Below are positions 26,401 to 40,236 of a DNA stretch of 56,534 nucleotides, one piece after another (position 1 is the stretch's first letter; each line of letters starts with the position of its first letter). The notes under the pieces were generated by a model that ran no database searches, was not told where the DNA came from, and saw nothing but the letters and a program-made list of their open reading frames with translations. Location of the stretch: NCBI GenBank assembly GCA_032718475.1, contig JAUCBJ010008539.1, positions 1 through 56,534 on the forward strand, written 5' to 3'. The DNA is from Nemertoderma westbladi. Its lineage: Eukaryota > Animalia > Xenacoelomorpha. The position numbers were made by a program, and so were the translations under genes.

Positions 26401-29400
26401 CAATCACATTCCGACGCCTCCCAGTCAACCAATCACATTCCGACGCCTCCCAGCCCAGTCAACCAATCACATTCCGACGCCTCCCAGCCCAGTCAACCAA
26501 TCACATTCCGACGCCTCCCAGCCCAGTCAACCAATCACATTCCGACGCCTCCCAGTCAACCAATCACATTCCGACGCCTCCCAGCCCAGTCAAACGATCA
26601 CATTCCGACGCCACCCAGCCCAGTCAACCAATCACATTCTGACGCCACCCAGCCCAGTCAACCAATCACATTCTGACGCCTCCCAGCCCAGTCAACCAAT
26701 CACATTCCGACGCCTCCCAGCCCAGTCAACCAATCACATTCTGACGCCTCCCAGCCCAGTCAACCAATCACATTCCGACGCCTCCCAGCCCAGTCAACCA
26801 ATCACATTCTGACGCCTCCCAGCCCAGTCAACCAATCACATTCCGACGCCTCCCAGCCCAGTCAACCAATCACATTCCGATGCCTCCCAGCCCAGTCAAC
26901 CAATCACATTCCGACGCCTCCCAGCCCAGTCAACCAATCACATTCCGACGCCTCCCAGCCCAGTCAACCAATCACATTCCGACGCCTCCCAGCCCAGTAA
27001 ACCAATCACATTCCGACGCCACCCAGCCCAGTCAACCAATCACATTCCGACGCCTCCCAGCCAACCAATCACATTCCGACTCCTCCCAGCCCAGCCAACC
27101 AATCACATTCCGACGCCTTCCAGCCCAGTCAACCAATCACATTCCGACACCTCCCAGTCAACCAATCACATTCCGATGCCTCCCAGCCCAGTCAACCAAT
27201 CACATTCCGACGCCTCCCAGCCCAGTCAACCAATCACATTCTGACGCCTCCCAGCCCAGTCAACCAATCACATTCCGACGCCTCCCAGCCCAGTCAACCA
27301 ATCACATTCCGACGCCTCCCAGCCCAGTCAACCAATCACATTCTGACGCCTCCCAGCCCAGTCAACCAATCACATTCCGACGCCACCCAGCCCAGTCAAC
27401 CAATCACATTCCGACGCCTTCCAGCCCAGTCAACCAATCACATTCCGACGCCTTCCAGCCCAGTCAACCAATCACATTCCGACACCTCCCAGTCAACCAA
27501 TCACATTCCGATGCCTCCCAGCCCAGTCAACCAATCACATTCCGACGCCTCCCAGCCCAGTCAACCAATCACATTCTGACGCCTCCCAGCCCAGTCAACC
27601 AATCACATTCCGACGCCTTCCAGCCCAGTCAACCAATCACATTCCGACACCTCCCAGTCAACCAATCACATTCCGATGCCTCCCAGCCCAGTCAACCAAT
27701 CACATTCCGATGCCTCCCAGCCCAGTCAACCAATCACATTCCGACGCCTCCCAGCCCAGTCAACCAATCACATTCCGACGCCTCCCAGCCCAGTCAACCA
27801 ATCACATTCCGATGCCTCCCAGCCCAGTCAACCAATCACATTCCGACGCCTCCCAGCCCAGTCAACCAATCACATTCCGACGCCTCCCAGCCCAGTCAAC
27901 CAATCACATTCCGATGCCTCCCAGCCCAGTCAACCAATCACATTCCGACGCCTCCCAGCCCAGTCAACCAATCACATTCCGACGCCTCCCAGCCCAGTCA
28001 ACCAATCACATTCCGACGCCTCCCAGCCCAGTCAACCAATCACATTCCGACGCCACCCAGCCCAGTCAACCAATCACATTCCGACGCCTCCCAGCCAACC
28101 AATCACATTCCGACTCCTCCCAGCCCAGTCAACCAATCACATTCCGACGCCTCCCAGCCCATTCAACCAATCACATTCCGACGCCTCCCAGCCAACCAAT
28201 CACATTCCGACGCCTTCCAGCCCAGTCAACCAATCACATTCCGACACCTCCCAGTCAACCAATCACATTCCGATGCCTCCCAGCCCAGTCAACCAATCAC
28301 ATTCCGACGCCTCCCAGCCCAGTCAACCAATCACATTCTGACGCCTCCCAGCCCAGTCAACCAATCACATTCCGACGCCTCCCAGCCCAGTCAACCAATC
28401 ACATTCCGACGCCTCCCAGCCCAGTCAACCAATCACATTCTGACGCCTCCCAGCCCAGTCAACCAATCACATTCCGACGCCACCCAGCCCAGTCAACCAA
28501 TCACATTCCGACGCCTCCCAGCCAACCAATCACATTCCGACGCCTTCCAGCCCAGTCAACCAATCACATTCCGACACCTCCCAGTCAACCAATCACATTC
28601 CGACGCCTCCCAGCCAACCAATCACATTCCGACTCCTCCCAGCCCAGTCAACCAATCACATTCCGACGCCTCCCAGCCCATTCAACCAATCACATTCCGA
28701 CGCCTCCCAGCCAACCAATCACATTCCGACTCCTCCCAGCCCAGTCAACCAATCACATTCCGACGCCTCCCAGCCCATTCAACCAATCACATTCCGACGC
28801 CTCCCAGTCAACCAATTACATTCCGACGCCTCCCAGCCCACTCAACCAATCACATTCCGACGCCTCCCAGTCAACCAATCACATTCCGATGCCTCCCAGC
28901 CCAGTCAACCAATCACATTCCGACGCCTCCCAGCCCAGTCAACCAATCACATTCCGACGCCTCCCAGCCCAGTCAACCAATCACATTCCGACGCCTCCCA
29001 GCCCAGTCAACCAATCACATTCTGACGCCTCCCAGCCCAGTCAACCAATCACATTCCGACGCCTCCCAGCCAACCAATCACATTCCGACGCCTTCCAGCC
29101 CAGTCAACCAATCACATTCCGACGCCTCCCAGTCCCGTCAACCAATCACATTCTGACGCCTCCCAGCCCAGTCAACCAATCACATTCCGATGCCTCCCAG
29201 CCCAGTCAACCAATCACATTCTGACGCCTCCCAGCCCAGTCAACCAATCACATTCCGACGCCTCCCAGCCCAGTCAACCAATCACATTCCGACGCCTCCC
29301 AGCCCAGTCAACCAATCACATTCCGACGCCTCCCAGCCCAGTCAACCAATCACATTCCGACGCATCCCAGCCCAGTCAACCAATCACATTCCGACGCCTC

Positions 29401-32400
29401 CCAGCCCAGTCAACCAATCACATTCTGACGCCTCCCAGCCCAGTCAACCAATCACATTCCGACGCCTCCCAGCCAACCAATCACATTCCGACGCCTTCCA
29501 GCCCAGTCAACCAATCACATTCCGACGCCTCCCAGCCCAGTCAACCAATCACATTCTGACGCCTCCCAGCCCAGTCAACCAATCACATTCCGACGCCTCC
29601 CAGCCCAGTCAACCAATCACATTCCGACGCCTCCCAGCCCAGTCAACCAATCACATTCCGACGCCTCCCTGTCAACCAATCACATTCCGACGCCACCCAG
29701 CCCAGTCAACCAATCACATTCCGACGCCTCCCAGCCAACCAATCACATTCCGACTCCTCCCAGCCCAGTCAACCAATCACATTCCGACGCCTCCCAGCCC
29801 ATTCAACCAATCACATTCCGACGCCTCCCAGCCAACCAATCACATTCCGACTCCTCCCAGCCCAGTCAACCAATCACATTCCGACGCCTCCCAGCCCATT
29901 CAACCAATCACATTCCGACGCCTCCCAGTCAACCAATTACATTCCGACGCCTCCCAGCCCACTCAACCAATCACATTCCGACGCCTCCCAGTCAACCAAT
30001 CACATTCCGACGCCTCCCAGCCCAGTCAACCAATCACATTCCGACGCCTCCCAGCCAACCAATCACATTCCGACGCCACCCAGCCCAGTCAACCAATCAC
30101 ATTCCGACGCCTCCCAGCCCAGTCAACCAATCACATTCCGACGCCTCCCAGCCCAGTCAACCAATCACATTCCGACGCCTCCCAGTCAACCAATCACATT
30201 CCGACGCCTCCCAGCCCAGTCAAACAATCACATTCCGACGCCACCCAGCCCAGTCAACCAATCACATTCCGACGCCTCCCAGTCAACCAATCACATTCTG
30301 ACGCCTCCCAGCCCAGTCAACCAATCACATTCCGACGCCTCCCAGCCCACTCAACCAATCACATTCCGACGCCTCCCAGTCAACCAATCACATTCCGACG
30401 CCTCCCAGCCCAGTCAACCAATCACATTCCGACGCCTCCCAGCCCAGTCAACCAATCACATTCCGACGCCTCCCAGCCCAGTCAACCAATCACATTCCGA
30501 CGCCTCCCAGTCAACCAATCACATTCCGACGCCTCCCAGCCCAGTCAAACAATCACATTCCGACGCCACCCAGCCCAGTCAACCAATCACATTCCGACGC
30601 CTCCCAGTCAACCAATCACATTCTGACGCCTCCCAGCCCAGTCAACCAATCACATTCCGACGCCTCCCAGCCCAGTCAACCAATCACATTCTGACGCCTC
30701 CCAGCCCAGTCAACCAATCACATTCCGACGCCTCCCAGCCCAGTCAACCAATCACATTCTGACGCCTCCCAGCCCAGTCAACCAATCACATTCCGACGCC
30801 TCCCAGCCCAGTCAACCAATCACATTCCGATGCCTCCCAGCCCAGTCAACCAATCACATTCCGACGCCTCCCAGCCCAGTCAACCAATCACATTCCGACG
30901 CCTCCCAGCCCAGTCAACCAATCACATTCCGACGCCTCCCAGCCCAGTCAACCAATCACATTCCGACGCCACCCAGCCCAGTCAACCAATCACATTCCGA
31001 CGCCTCCCAGCCAACCAATCACATTCCGACTCCTCCCAGCCCAGTCAACCAATCACATTCCGACGCCTCCCAGCCCATTCAACCAATCACATTCCGACGC
31101 CTCCCAGCCAACCAATCACATTCCGACGCCTTCCAGCCCAGTCAACCAATCACATTCCGACACCTCCCAGTCAACCAATCACATTCCGATGCCTCCCAGC
31201 CCAGTCAACCAATCACATTCCGACGCCTCCCAGCCCAGTCAACCAATCACATTCTGACGCCTCCCAGCCCAGTCAACCAATCACATTCCGACGCCTCCCA
31301 GCCCAGTCAACCAATCACATTCCGACGCCTCCCAGCCCAGTCAACCAATCACATTCTGACGCCTCCCAGCCCAGTCAACCAATCACATTCCGACGCCACC
31401 CAGCCCAGTCAACCAATCACATTCCGACGCCTCCCAGCCAACCAATCACATTCCGACGCCTTCCAGCCCAGTCAACCAATCACATTCCGACACCTCCCAG
31501 TCAACCAATCACATTCCGATGCCTCCCAGCCCAGTCAACCAATCACATTCCGACGCCTCCCAGCCCAGTCAACCAATCACATTCTGACGCCTCCCAGCCC
31601 AGTCAACCAATCACATTCCGATGCCTTCCAGCCCAGTCAACCAATCACATTCCGACACCTCCCAGTCAACCAATCACATTCCGATGCCTCCCAGCCCAGT
31701 CAACCAATCACATTCCGATGCCTCCCAGCCCAGTCAACCAATCACATTCCGACGCCTCCCAGCCCAGTCAACCAATCACATTCCGACGCCTCCCAGCCCA
31801 GTCAACCAATCACATTCCGATGCCTCCCAGCCCAGTCAACCAATCACATTCCGACGCCTCCCAGCCCAGTCAACCAATCACATTCCGACGCCTCCCAGCC
31901 CAGTCAACCAATCACATTCCGATGCCTCCCAGCCCAGTCAACCAATCACATTCCGACGCCTCCCAGCCCAGTCAACCAATCACATTCCGACGCCTCCCAG
32001 CCCAGTCAACCAATCACATTCCGACGCCTCCCAGCCCAGTCAACCAATCACATTCCGACGCCACCCAGCCCAGTCAACCAATCACATTCCGACGCCTCCC
32101 AGCCAACCAATCACATTCCGACTCCTCCCAGCCCAGTCAACCAATCACATTCCGACGCCTCCCAGCCCATTCAACCAATCACATTCCGACGCCTCCCAGC
32201 CAACCAATCACATTCCGACGCCTTCCAGCCCAGTCAACCAATCACATTCCGACACCTCCCAGTCAACCAATCACATTCCGATGCCTCCCAGCCCAGTCAA
32301 CCAATCACATTCCGACGCCTCCCAGCCCAGTCAACCAATCACATTCTGACGCCTCCCAGCCCAGTCAACCAATCACATTCCGATGCCTCCCAGCCCAGTC

Positions 32401-35400
32401 AACCAATCACATTCCGACGCCTCCCAGCCCAGTCAACCAATCACATTCTGACGCCTCCCAGCCCAGTCAACCAATCACATTCCGACGCCACCCAGCCCAG
32501 TCAACCAATCACATTCCGACGCCTCCCAGCCAACCAATCACATTCCGACGCCTTCCAGCCCAGTCAACCAATCACATTCCGACACCTCCCAGTCAACCAA
32601 TCACATTCCGATGCCTCCCAGCCCAGTCAACCAATCACATTCCGACGCCTCCCAGCCCAGTCAACCAATCACATTCTGACGCCTCCCAGCCCAGTCAACC
32701 AATCACATTCCGACGCCTTCCAGCCCAGTCAACCAATCACATTCCGACACCTCCCAGTCAACCAATCACATTCCGATGCCTCCCAGCCCAGTCAACCAAT
32801 CACATTCCGACGCCTCCCAGCCCAGTCAACCAATCACATTCTGACGCCTCCCAGCCCAGTCAACCAATCACATTCCGACGCCTCCCAGCCCAGTCAACCA
32901 ATCACATTCCGACGCCTCCCAGCCCAGTCAACCAATCACATTCTGACGCCACCCAGCCCAGTCAACCAATCACATTCCGACGCCTTCCAGCCCAGTCAAC
33001 CAATCACATTCCGACACCTCCCAGTCAACCAATCACATTCCGATGCCTCCCAGCCCAGTCAACCAATCACATTCCGACGCCTCCCAGCCCAGTCAACCAA
33101 TCACATTCCGACACCTCCCAGTCAACCAATCACATTCCGATGCCTCCCAGCCCAGTCAACCAATCACATTCCGACGCCTCCCAGCCCAGTCAACCAATCA
33201 CATTCTGACGCCTCCCAGCCCAGTCAACCAATCACATTCCGACGCCACCCAGCCCAGTCAACCAATCACATTCCGACGCCTCCCAGCCAACCAATCACAT
33301 TCCGACTCCTCCCAGCCCAGTCAACCAATCACATTCCGACGCCTCCCAGCCCATTCAACCAATCACATTCCGACGCCTCCCAGCCAACCAATCACATTCC
33401 GACGCCTTCCAGCCCAGTCAACCAATCACATTCCGACACCTCCCAGTCAACCAATCACATTCCGATGCCTCCCAGCCCAGTCAACCAATCACATTCCGAC
33501 GCCTCCCAGCCCAGTCAACCATTCACATTCCGACGCCTCCCAGTCAACCAATCACATTCCGACGCCTCCCAGTCAACCAATCACATTCCGACGCCTCCCA
33601 GCCCAGTCAACCAATCACATTCTGACGCCTCCCAACCCAGTCAACCAATCACATTCCGACGCCTCCCAGCCCAGTCAACCAATCACATTCCGACGCCTCC
33701 CAGCCCAGTCAACCAATCACATTCCGACGCCTCCCAGCCCAGTCAACCAATCACATTCCGACGCCTCCCAGCCCAGTCAACCAATCACATTCTGACGCCT
33801 CCCAGCCCAGTCAACCAATCACATTCCGACGCCTCCCAGTCAACCAATCACATTCCGATGCCTCCCAGCCCAGTCAACCAATCACATTCCGACGCCTCCC
33901 AGCCCAGTCAACCAATCACATTCCGACGCCTCCCAGCCCAGTCAACCAATCACATTCCGACGCCTCCCAGCCCAATCAACCAATCACATTCTGACGCCTC
34001 CCAGCCCAGTCAACCAATCACATTCCGACGCCTCCCAGCCCAGTCAACCAATCACATTCTGACGCCTCCCAGCCCAGTCAACCAATCACATTCCGACGCC
34101 ACCCAGCCCAGTCAACCAATCACATTCCGACGCCTCCCAGCCAACCAATCACATTCCGACTCCTCCCAGCCCAGTCAACCAATCACATTCCGACGCCTCC
34201 CAGCCCATTCAACCAATCACATTCCGACGCCTCCCAGCCAACCAATCACATTCCGACGCCTTCCAGCCCAGTCAACCAATCACATTCCGACACCTCCCAG
34301 TCCCGTCAACCAATCACATTCCGACGCCTCCCAGCCCAGTCAACCAATCACATTCCGGCGCCTCCCAGCCCAGTCAACCAATCACATTCTGACGCCTCCC
34401 AGTCAACCAATTACATTCCGACGCCTCCCAGTCAACCAATCACATTCTGATGCCTCCCTGTCAACCAATCACATTCCGACGCCTCCCAGCCCAGTCAACC
34501 AATCACATTCCGACGCCTCCCTGTCAACCAATCATATTCCGACGCCTCCCTGTCAACCAATCACATTCTGATGCCTCCCAGTCCAGTCAACCAATCACAT
34601 TCCGACGCCTCCCTGTCAACCAATCACATTCCGACGCCTCCCAGTCAACCAATTACATTCCGACGCCTCCCAGCCCACTCAACCAATCACATTCCGACGC
34701 CTCCCAGTCAACCAATCACATTCCGACGCCTCCCAGCCCAGTCAACCAATCATATTCCGACGCCTCCCAGCCCAGTCAACCAATCACATTCTGACGCCTC
34801 CCAGCCCAGTCAACCAATCACATTCCGACGCCTCCCAGCCCAGTCAACCAATCACATTCCGACGCCTCCCAGCCCAGTCAACCAATCATATTCCGACGCC
34901 TCCCAGCCCAGTCAACCAATCACATTCCGACGCCTCCCAGCCCAGTCAACCAATCATATTCCGACGCCTCCCAGCCCAGTCAACCAATCACATTCTGACG
35001 CCTCCCAGCCCAGTCAACCAATTACATTCCGACGCCTCCCAGCCCACTCAACCAATCACATTCCGACGCCTCCCAGTCAACCAATCACATTCCGACGCCT
35101 CCCAGCCCAGTCAACCAATCACATTCCGACGCCTCCCAGCCCAGTCAACCAATCACATTCCGACGCCTCCCAGCCCAGTCAACCAATCACATTCCAACGC
35201 CTCCCAGGCCAGTCAACCAATCACATTCCGACGCCACCCAGCCCAGTCAACCAATCACATTCCGACGCCTCCCAGCCCAGTCAACCAATCACATTCCGAC
35301 GCCTCCCAGCCCAGTCAACCAATCACATTCCGACGCCTCCCAGTCAATCAATCACATTCCGACGCCTTCCAGCCCAGTCAACCAATCACATTCCGACGCC

Positions 35401-38400
35401 TCCCAGCCCAGTCAACCAATCACATTCCGATGCCTCCCAGTCAATCGATCACATTCCGACGCCTTCCAACCCAGTCAACCGATCACATTCCGACGCCTCC
35501 CAGCCCAGTCAACTGATCACATTCCGACGCCTCCCAGCCCAGTCAACCAATCACATTCCGACGCCTCCCAGCCAACCAATCACATTCCGACGCCTCCCAG
35601 CCCAGTCAACCAATCACATTCCGACGCCTCCCAGCCCAGTCAACCAATTACATTCTGACGCCTCCCAGCCCAGTCAACCAATTACATTCCGACGCCTCCC
35701 AGCCCAGTCAACCAATCACATTCCGACGCCACCCAGCCCAGTCAACCAATCACATTCCGACGCCTCCCAGCCAACCAATCACATTCCGACGCCTCCCTGT
35801 CAACCAATCATATTCCGACGCCTCCCTGTCAACCAATCACATTCCGACTCCTCCCAGCCCAGTCAACCAATCACATTCCGACGCCTCCCAGCCCAGTCAA
35901 CCAATCACATTCCGGCGCCTCCCGGCCCAGTCAACCAATCACATTCTGACGCCTCCCAGTCAACCAATTACATTCCGATGCCTCCCAGTCAACCAATCAC
36001 ATTCCGACGCCTCCCAGCCCAGTCAACCAATTACATTCTGACGCCTCCCAGCCCAGTCAACCAATTACATTCCGACGCCTCCCAGCCCAGTCAACCAATC
36101 ACATTCCGACGCCACCCAGCCCAGTCAACCAATCACATTCCGACGCCTCCCAGCCAACCAATCACATTCCGACTCCTCCCAGCCCAGTCAACCAATCACA
36201 TTCCGACGCCTCCCAGCCCAGTCAACCAATCACATTCCGACGCCACCCAGCCCAGTCAACCAATCACATTCCGACGCCTCCCAGTCAACCAATCACATTC
36301 CGACGCCTCCCTGCCCAGTCACCCAATCACATTCCGACGCCTCCCAGCCCAGTCAACCAATCACATTCCGACGCCTCCCAGCCCAGTCAACCAATCACAT
36401 TCCGACGCCACCCAGCCCAGTCAACCAATCACATTCCGACGCCTCCCAGCCAACCAATCACATTCCGACTCCTTCCAGCCCAGTCAACCAATCACATTCC
36501 GACGCCTCCCAGCCCAGTCAACCAATCACATTCCGGCGCCTCCCGGCCCAGTCAACCAATCACATTCTGACGCCTCCCAGCCCAGTCAACCAATCACATT
36601 CCGACGCCTCCCAGCCCAGTCAACCAATCACATTCCGACACCTCCCAGTCAACCAATTACATTCCGATGCCTCCCAGTCAACCAATCACATTCTGATGCC
36701 TCCCTGTCAACCAATCACATTCCGACGCCTCCCAGCCCAGTCAACCAATCACATTCCGACGCCTCCCTGTCAACCAATCATATTCCGACGCCTCCCTGTC
36801 AACCAATCACATTCTGATGCCTCCCAGTCCAGTCAACCAATCACATTCCGACGCCTCCCTGTCAACCAATCACATTCCGACGCCTCCCAGTCAACCAATT
36901 ACATTCCGACGCCTCCCAGCCCACTCAACCAATCACATTCCGACGCCTCCCAGTCAACCAATCACATTCCGACGCCTCCCAACCCAGTCAACCAATCACA
37001 TTCCGACGCCTCCCAGCCCAGTCAACCAATCACATTCCGACGCCTCCCAGCCCAGTCAACCAATCACATTCCGACGCCTCCCAGTCAACCAATCACATTC
37101 CGACGCCTCCCAGCCCAGTCAAACAATCACATTCCGACGCCTCCCAGCCCAGTCAACCAATCACATTCTGACGCCTCCCAGCCCAGTCAACCAATCACAT
37201 TCCGACACCTCCCAGCCCAGTCAACCAATCACATTCTGACGCCTCCCAGCCCACTCAACCAATCACATTCCGACGCCTCCCAGTCAACCAATCACATTCC
37301 GATGCCTCCCAGCCCAGTCAACCAATCACATTCCGACGCCTCCCAGCCCAGTCAACCAATCACATTCTGACGCCTCCCAGCCCAGTCAACCAATCACATT
37401 CCGACGCCTCCCAGCCCAGTCAACCAATCACATTCCGACGCCTCCCAGTCAACCAATCACATTCCGACGCCTCCCAGCCCAGTCAACCAATCACATTCCG
37501 ACGCCTCCCAGCCCAGTCAACCAATCACATTCCTACGCCTCCCAGCCCAGTCAACCAATCACATTCCGACGCCTCCCAGTCAATCAATCACATTCCGACG
37601 CCTTCCAGCCCAGTCAACCAATCACATTCCGACGCCTCCCAGCCCAGTCAACCAATCACATTCCGATGCCTCCCAGTCAATCGATCACATTCTGACGCCT
37701 TCCAACCCAGTCAACCGATCACATTCCGACGCCTCCCAGCCCAGTCAACTGATCACATTCCGACGCCTCCCAGCCCAGTCAACCAATCACATTCTGACGC
37801 CTCCCAGTCAACCAATCACATTCCGACGCCTCCCTGCCAAGTCACCCAATCACATTCCGACGCCTCCCAGCCCAGTCAACCAGTCACATTCCGACGCCTC
37901 CCAGTCAACCAATCACATTCCGACGCCTCCCTGCCCAGTCACCCAATCACATTCCGACGCCTCCCAGCCCAGTCAACCAATCACATTTCGACGCCTCCCA
38001 GCCCAGTCAACCAATCACATTCCGACGCCTCCCAGCCAACCAATCACATTCCGACGCCTCCCAGCCCAGTCAACCAATCACATTCCGACGCCTCCCAGCC
38101 CAGTCAACCAATTACATTCTGACGCCACCCAGCCCAGTCAACCAATCACATTCCGACGCCTCCCTGCCCAGTCACCCAATCACATTCCGACGCCTCCCAG
38201 CCCAGTCAACCAATCACATTCCGACGCCACCCAGCCCAGTCAACCAATCACATTCCGACGCCTCCCAGCCAACCAATCACATTCCGACTCCTCCCAGCCC
38301 AGTCAACCAATCACATTCCGACGCCTCCCAGCCCATTCAACCAATCACATTCCGACGCCTCCCAGCCAACCAATCACATTCCGACGCCTTCCAGCCCAGT

Positions 38401-40236
38401 CAACCAATCACATTCCGACACCTCCCAGTCCCGTCAACCAATCACATTCCGACGCCTCCCAGCCCAGTCAACCAATCACATTCCGGCGCCTCCCAGCCCA
38501 GTCAACCAATCACATTCTGACGCCTCCCAGTCAACCAATTACATTCCGACGCCTCCCAGTCAACCAATCACATTCTGATGCCTCCCTGTCAACCAATCAC
38601 ATTCCGACGCCTCCCAGCCCAGTCAACCAATCACATTCCGACGCCTCCCTGTCAACCAATCATATTCCGACGCCTCCCTGTCAACCAATCACATTCTGAT
38701 GCCTCCCAGTCCAGTCAACCAATCACATTCCGACGCCTCCCTGTCAATCAATCACATTCCGACGCCTCCCAGTCAACCAATTACATTCCGACGCCTCCCA
38801 GCCCACTCAACCAATCACATTCCGACGCCTCCCAGTCAACCAATCACATTCCGACGCCTCCCAGCCCAGTCAACCAATCACATTCTGACGCCTCCCAGCC
38901 CAGTCAACCAATCACATTCCGACGCCTCCCAGCCCAGTCAACCAATCACATTCCGACGCCTCCCAGTCAACCAATCACATTCCGACGCCTCCCAGCCCAG
39001 TCAAACAATCACATTCCGACGCCTCCCAGCCCACTCAACCAATCACATTCCGACGCCTCCCAGCCCAGTCAACCAATCACATTCCGACGCCTCCCAGCCC
39101 AGTCAACCAATCACATTCCGACGCCTCCCAGCCCAGTCAACCAATCACATTCCGACACCTCCCAGTCCCGTCAACCAATCACATTCTGACGCCTCCCAGC
39201 CCAGTCAACCAATCACATTCCGACGCCTCCCAGCCCAGTCAACCAATCACATTCCGACACCTCCCAGCCCAGTCAACCAATCACATTCTGACGCCTCCCA
39301 GCCCAGTCAACCAATCACATTCCGACGCCTCCCAGCCCAGTCAACCAATCACATTCCGACACCTCCCAGCCCAGTCAACCAATCACATTCTGACGCCTCC
39401 CAGCCCACTCAACCAATCACATTCCGACGCCTCCCAGTCAACCAATCACATTCCGATGCCTCCCAGCCCAGTCAACCAATCACATTCCGACGCCTCCCAG
39501 CCCAGTCAACCAATCACATTCCGACGCCTCCCAGTCAACCAATCACATTCCGACGCCTCCCAGCCCAGTCAACCAATCACATTCCGACACCTCCCAGCCC
39601 AGTCAACCAATCACATTCTGACGCCTCCCAGCCCACTCAACCAATCACATTCCGACGCCTCCCAGCCCAGTCAACCAATCACATTCTGACGCCTCCCAGC
39701 CCAGTCAACCAATCACATTCCGACGCCTCCCAGCCCAGTCAACCAATCACATTCCGACACCTCCCAGCCCAGTCAACCAATCACATTCTGACGCCTCCCA
39801 GCCCACTCAACCAATCACATTCCGACGCCTCCCAGTCAACCAATCACATTCCGATGCCTCCCAGCCCAGTCAACCAATCACATTCCGACGCCTCCCAGCC
39901 CAGTCAACCAATCACATTCTGACGCCTCCCAGCCCAGTCAACCAATCACATTCCGACGCCTCCCAGCCCAGTCAACCAATCACATTCCGACGCCTCCCAG
40001 TCAACCAATCACATTCCGACGCCTCCCAGCCCAGTCAACCAATCACATTCCGACGCCTCCCAGCCCAGTCAACCAATCACATTCAGACGCCTCCCCGTCA
40101 ACCAATCACATTCTGATGCCTCCCAGTCAACCAATCACATTCCGACGCCTCCCAGCGCAGTCAACCAATCACATTCCGACGCCTCCCAGCCCAGTCAACC
40201 AATCACATTCCGACACCTCCCAGTCAACCAATCACA
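5436..40236 (+). repeat. 34.8-kb satellite DNA array, 34-bp monomer CCGACGCCTCCCAGCCCAGTCAACCAATCACATT plus 29-bp deletion variants (roughly 1,000-1,100 units)
   Basis: Head-to-tail repeats with no inversion or TE insertion seen. The 29-bp variants lose one CCCAG (..CTCCCAGTCAACC..) or read ..CCCAGCCAACC... The monomer has 16 C and 4 G in 34 bp on the + strand. Confidence 0.99.
22600..27400 (+). repeat. 2019-bp higher-order repeat within the satellite (two full copies plus the start of a third)
   Basis: The rare variant CCCAGTAAACC recurs at 22961, 24980 and 26999. ORFs with the same start recur at 22842, 24861 and 26880, and at 23633 and 25652. All offsets are 2019 bp. Confidence 0.92.

Noticed and set aside
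5436-40236. CRISPR array (repeat length about 34 bp)
   Set aside because: Units are head-to-tail with no unique spacers, there are no cas genes, and the context is eukaryotic.
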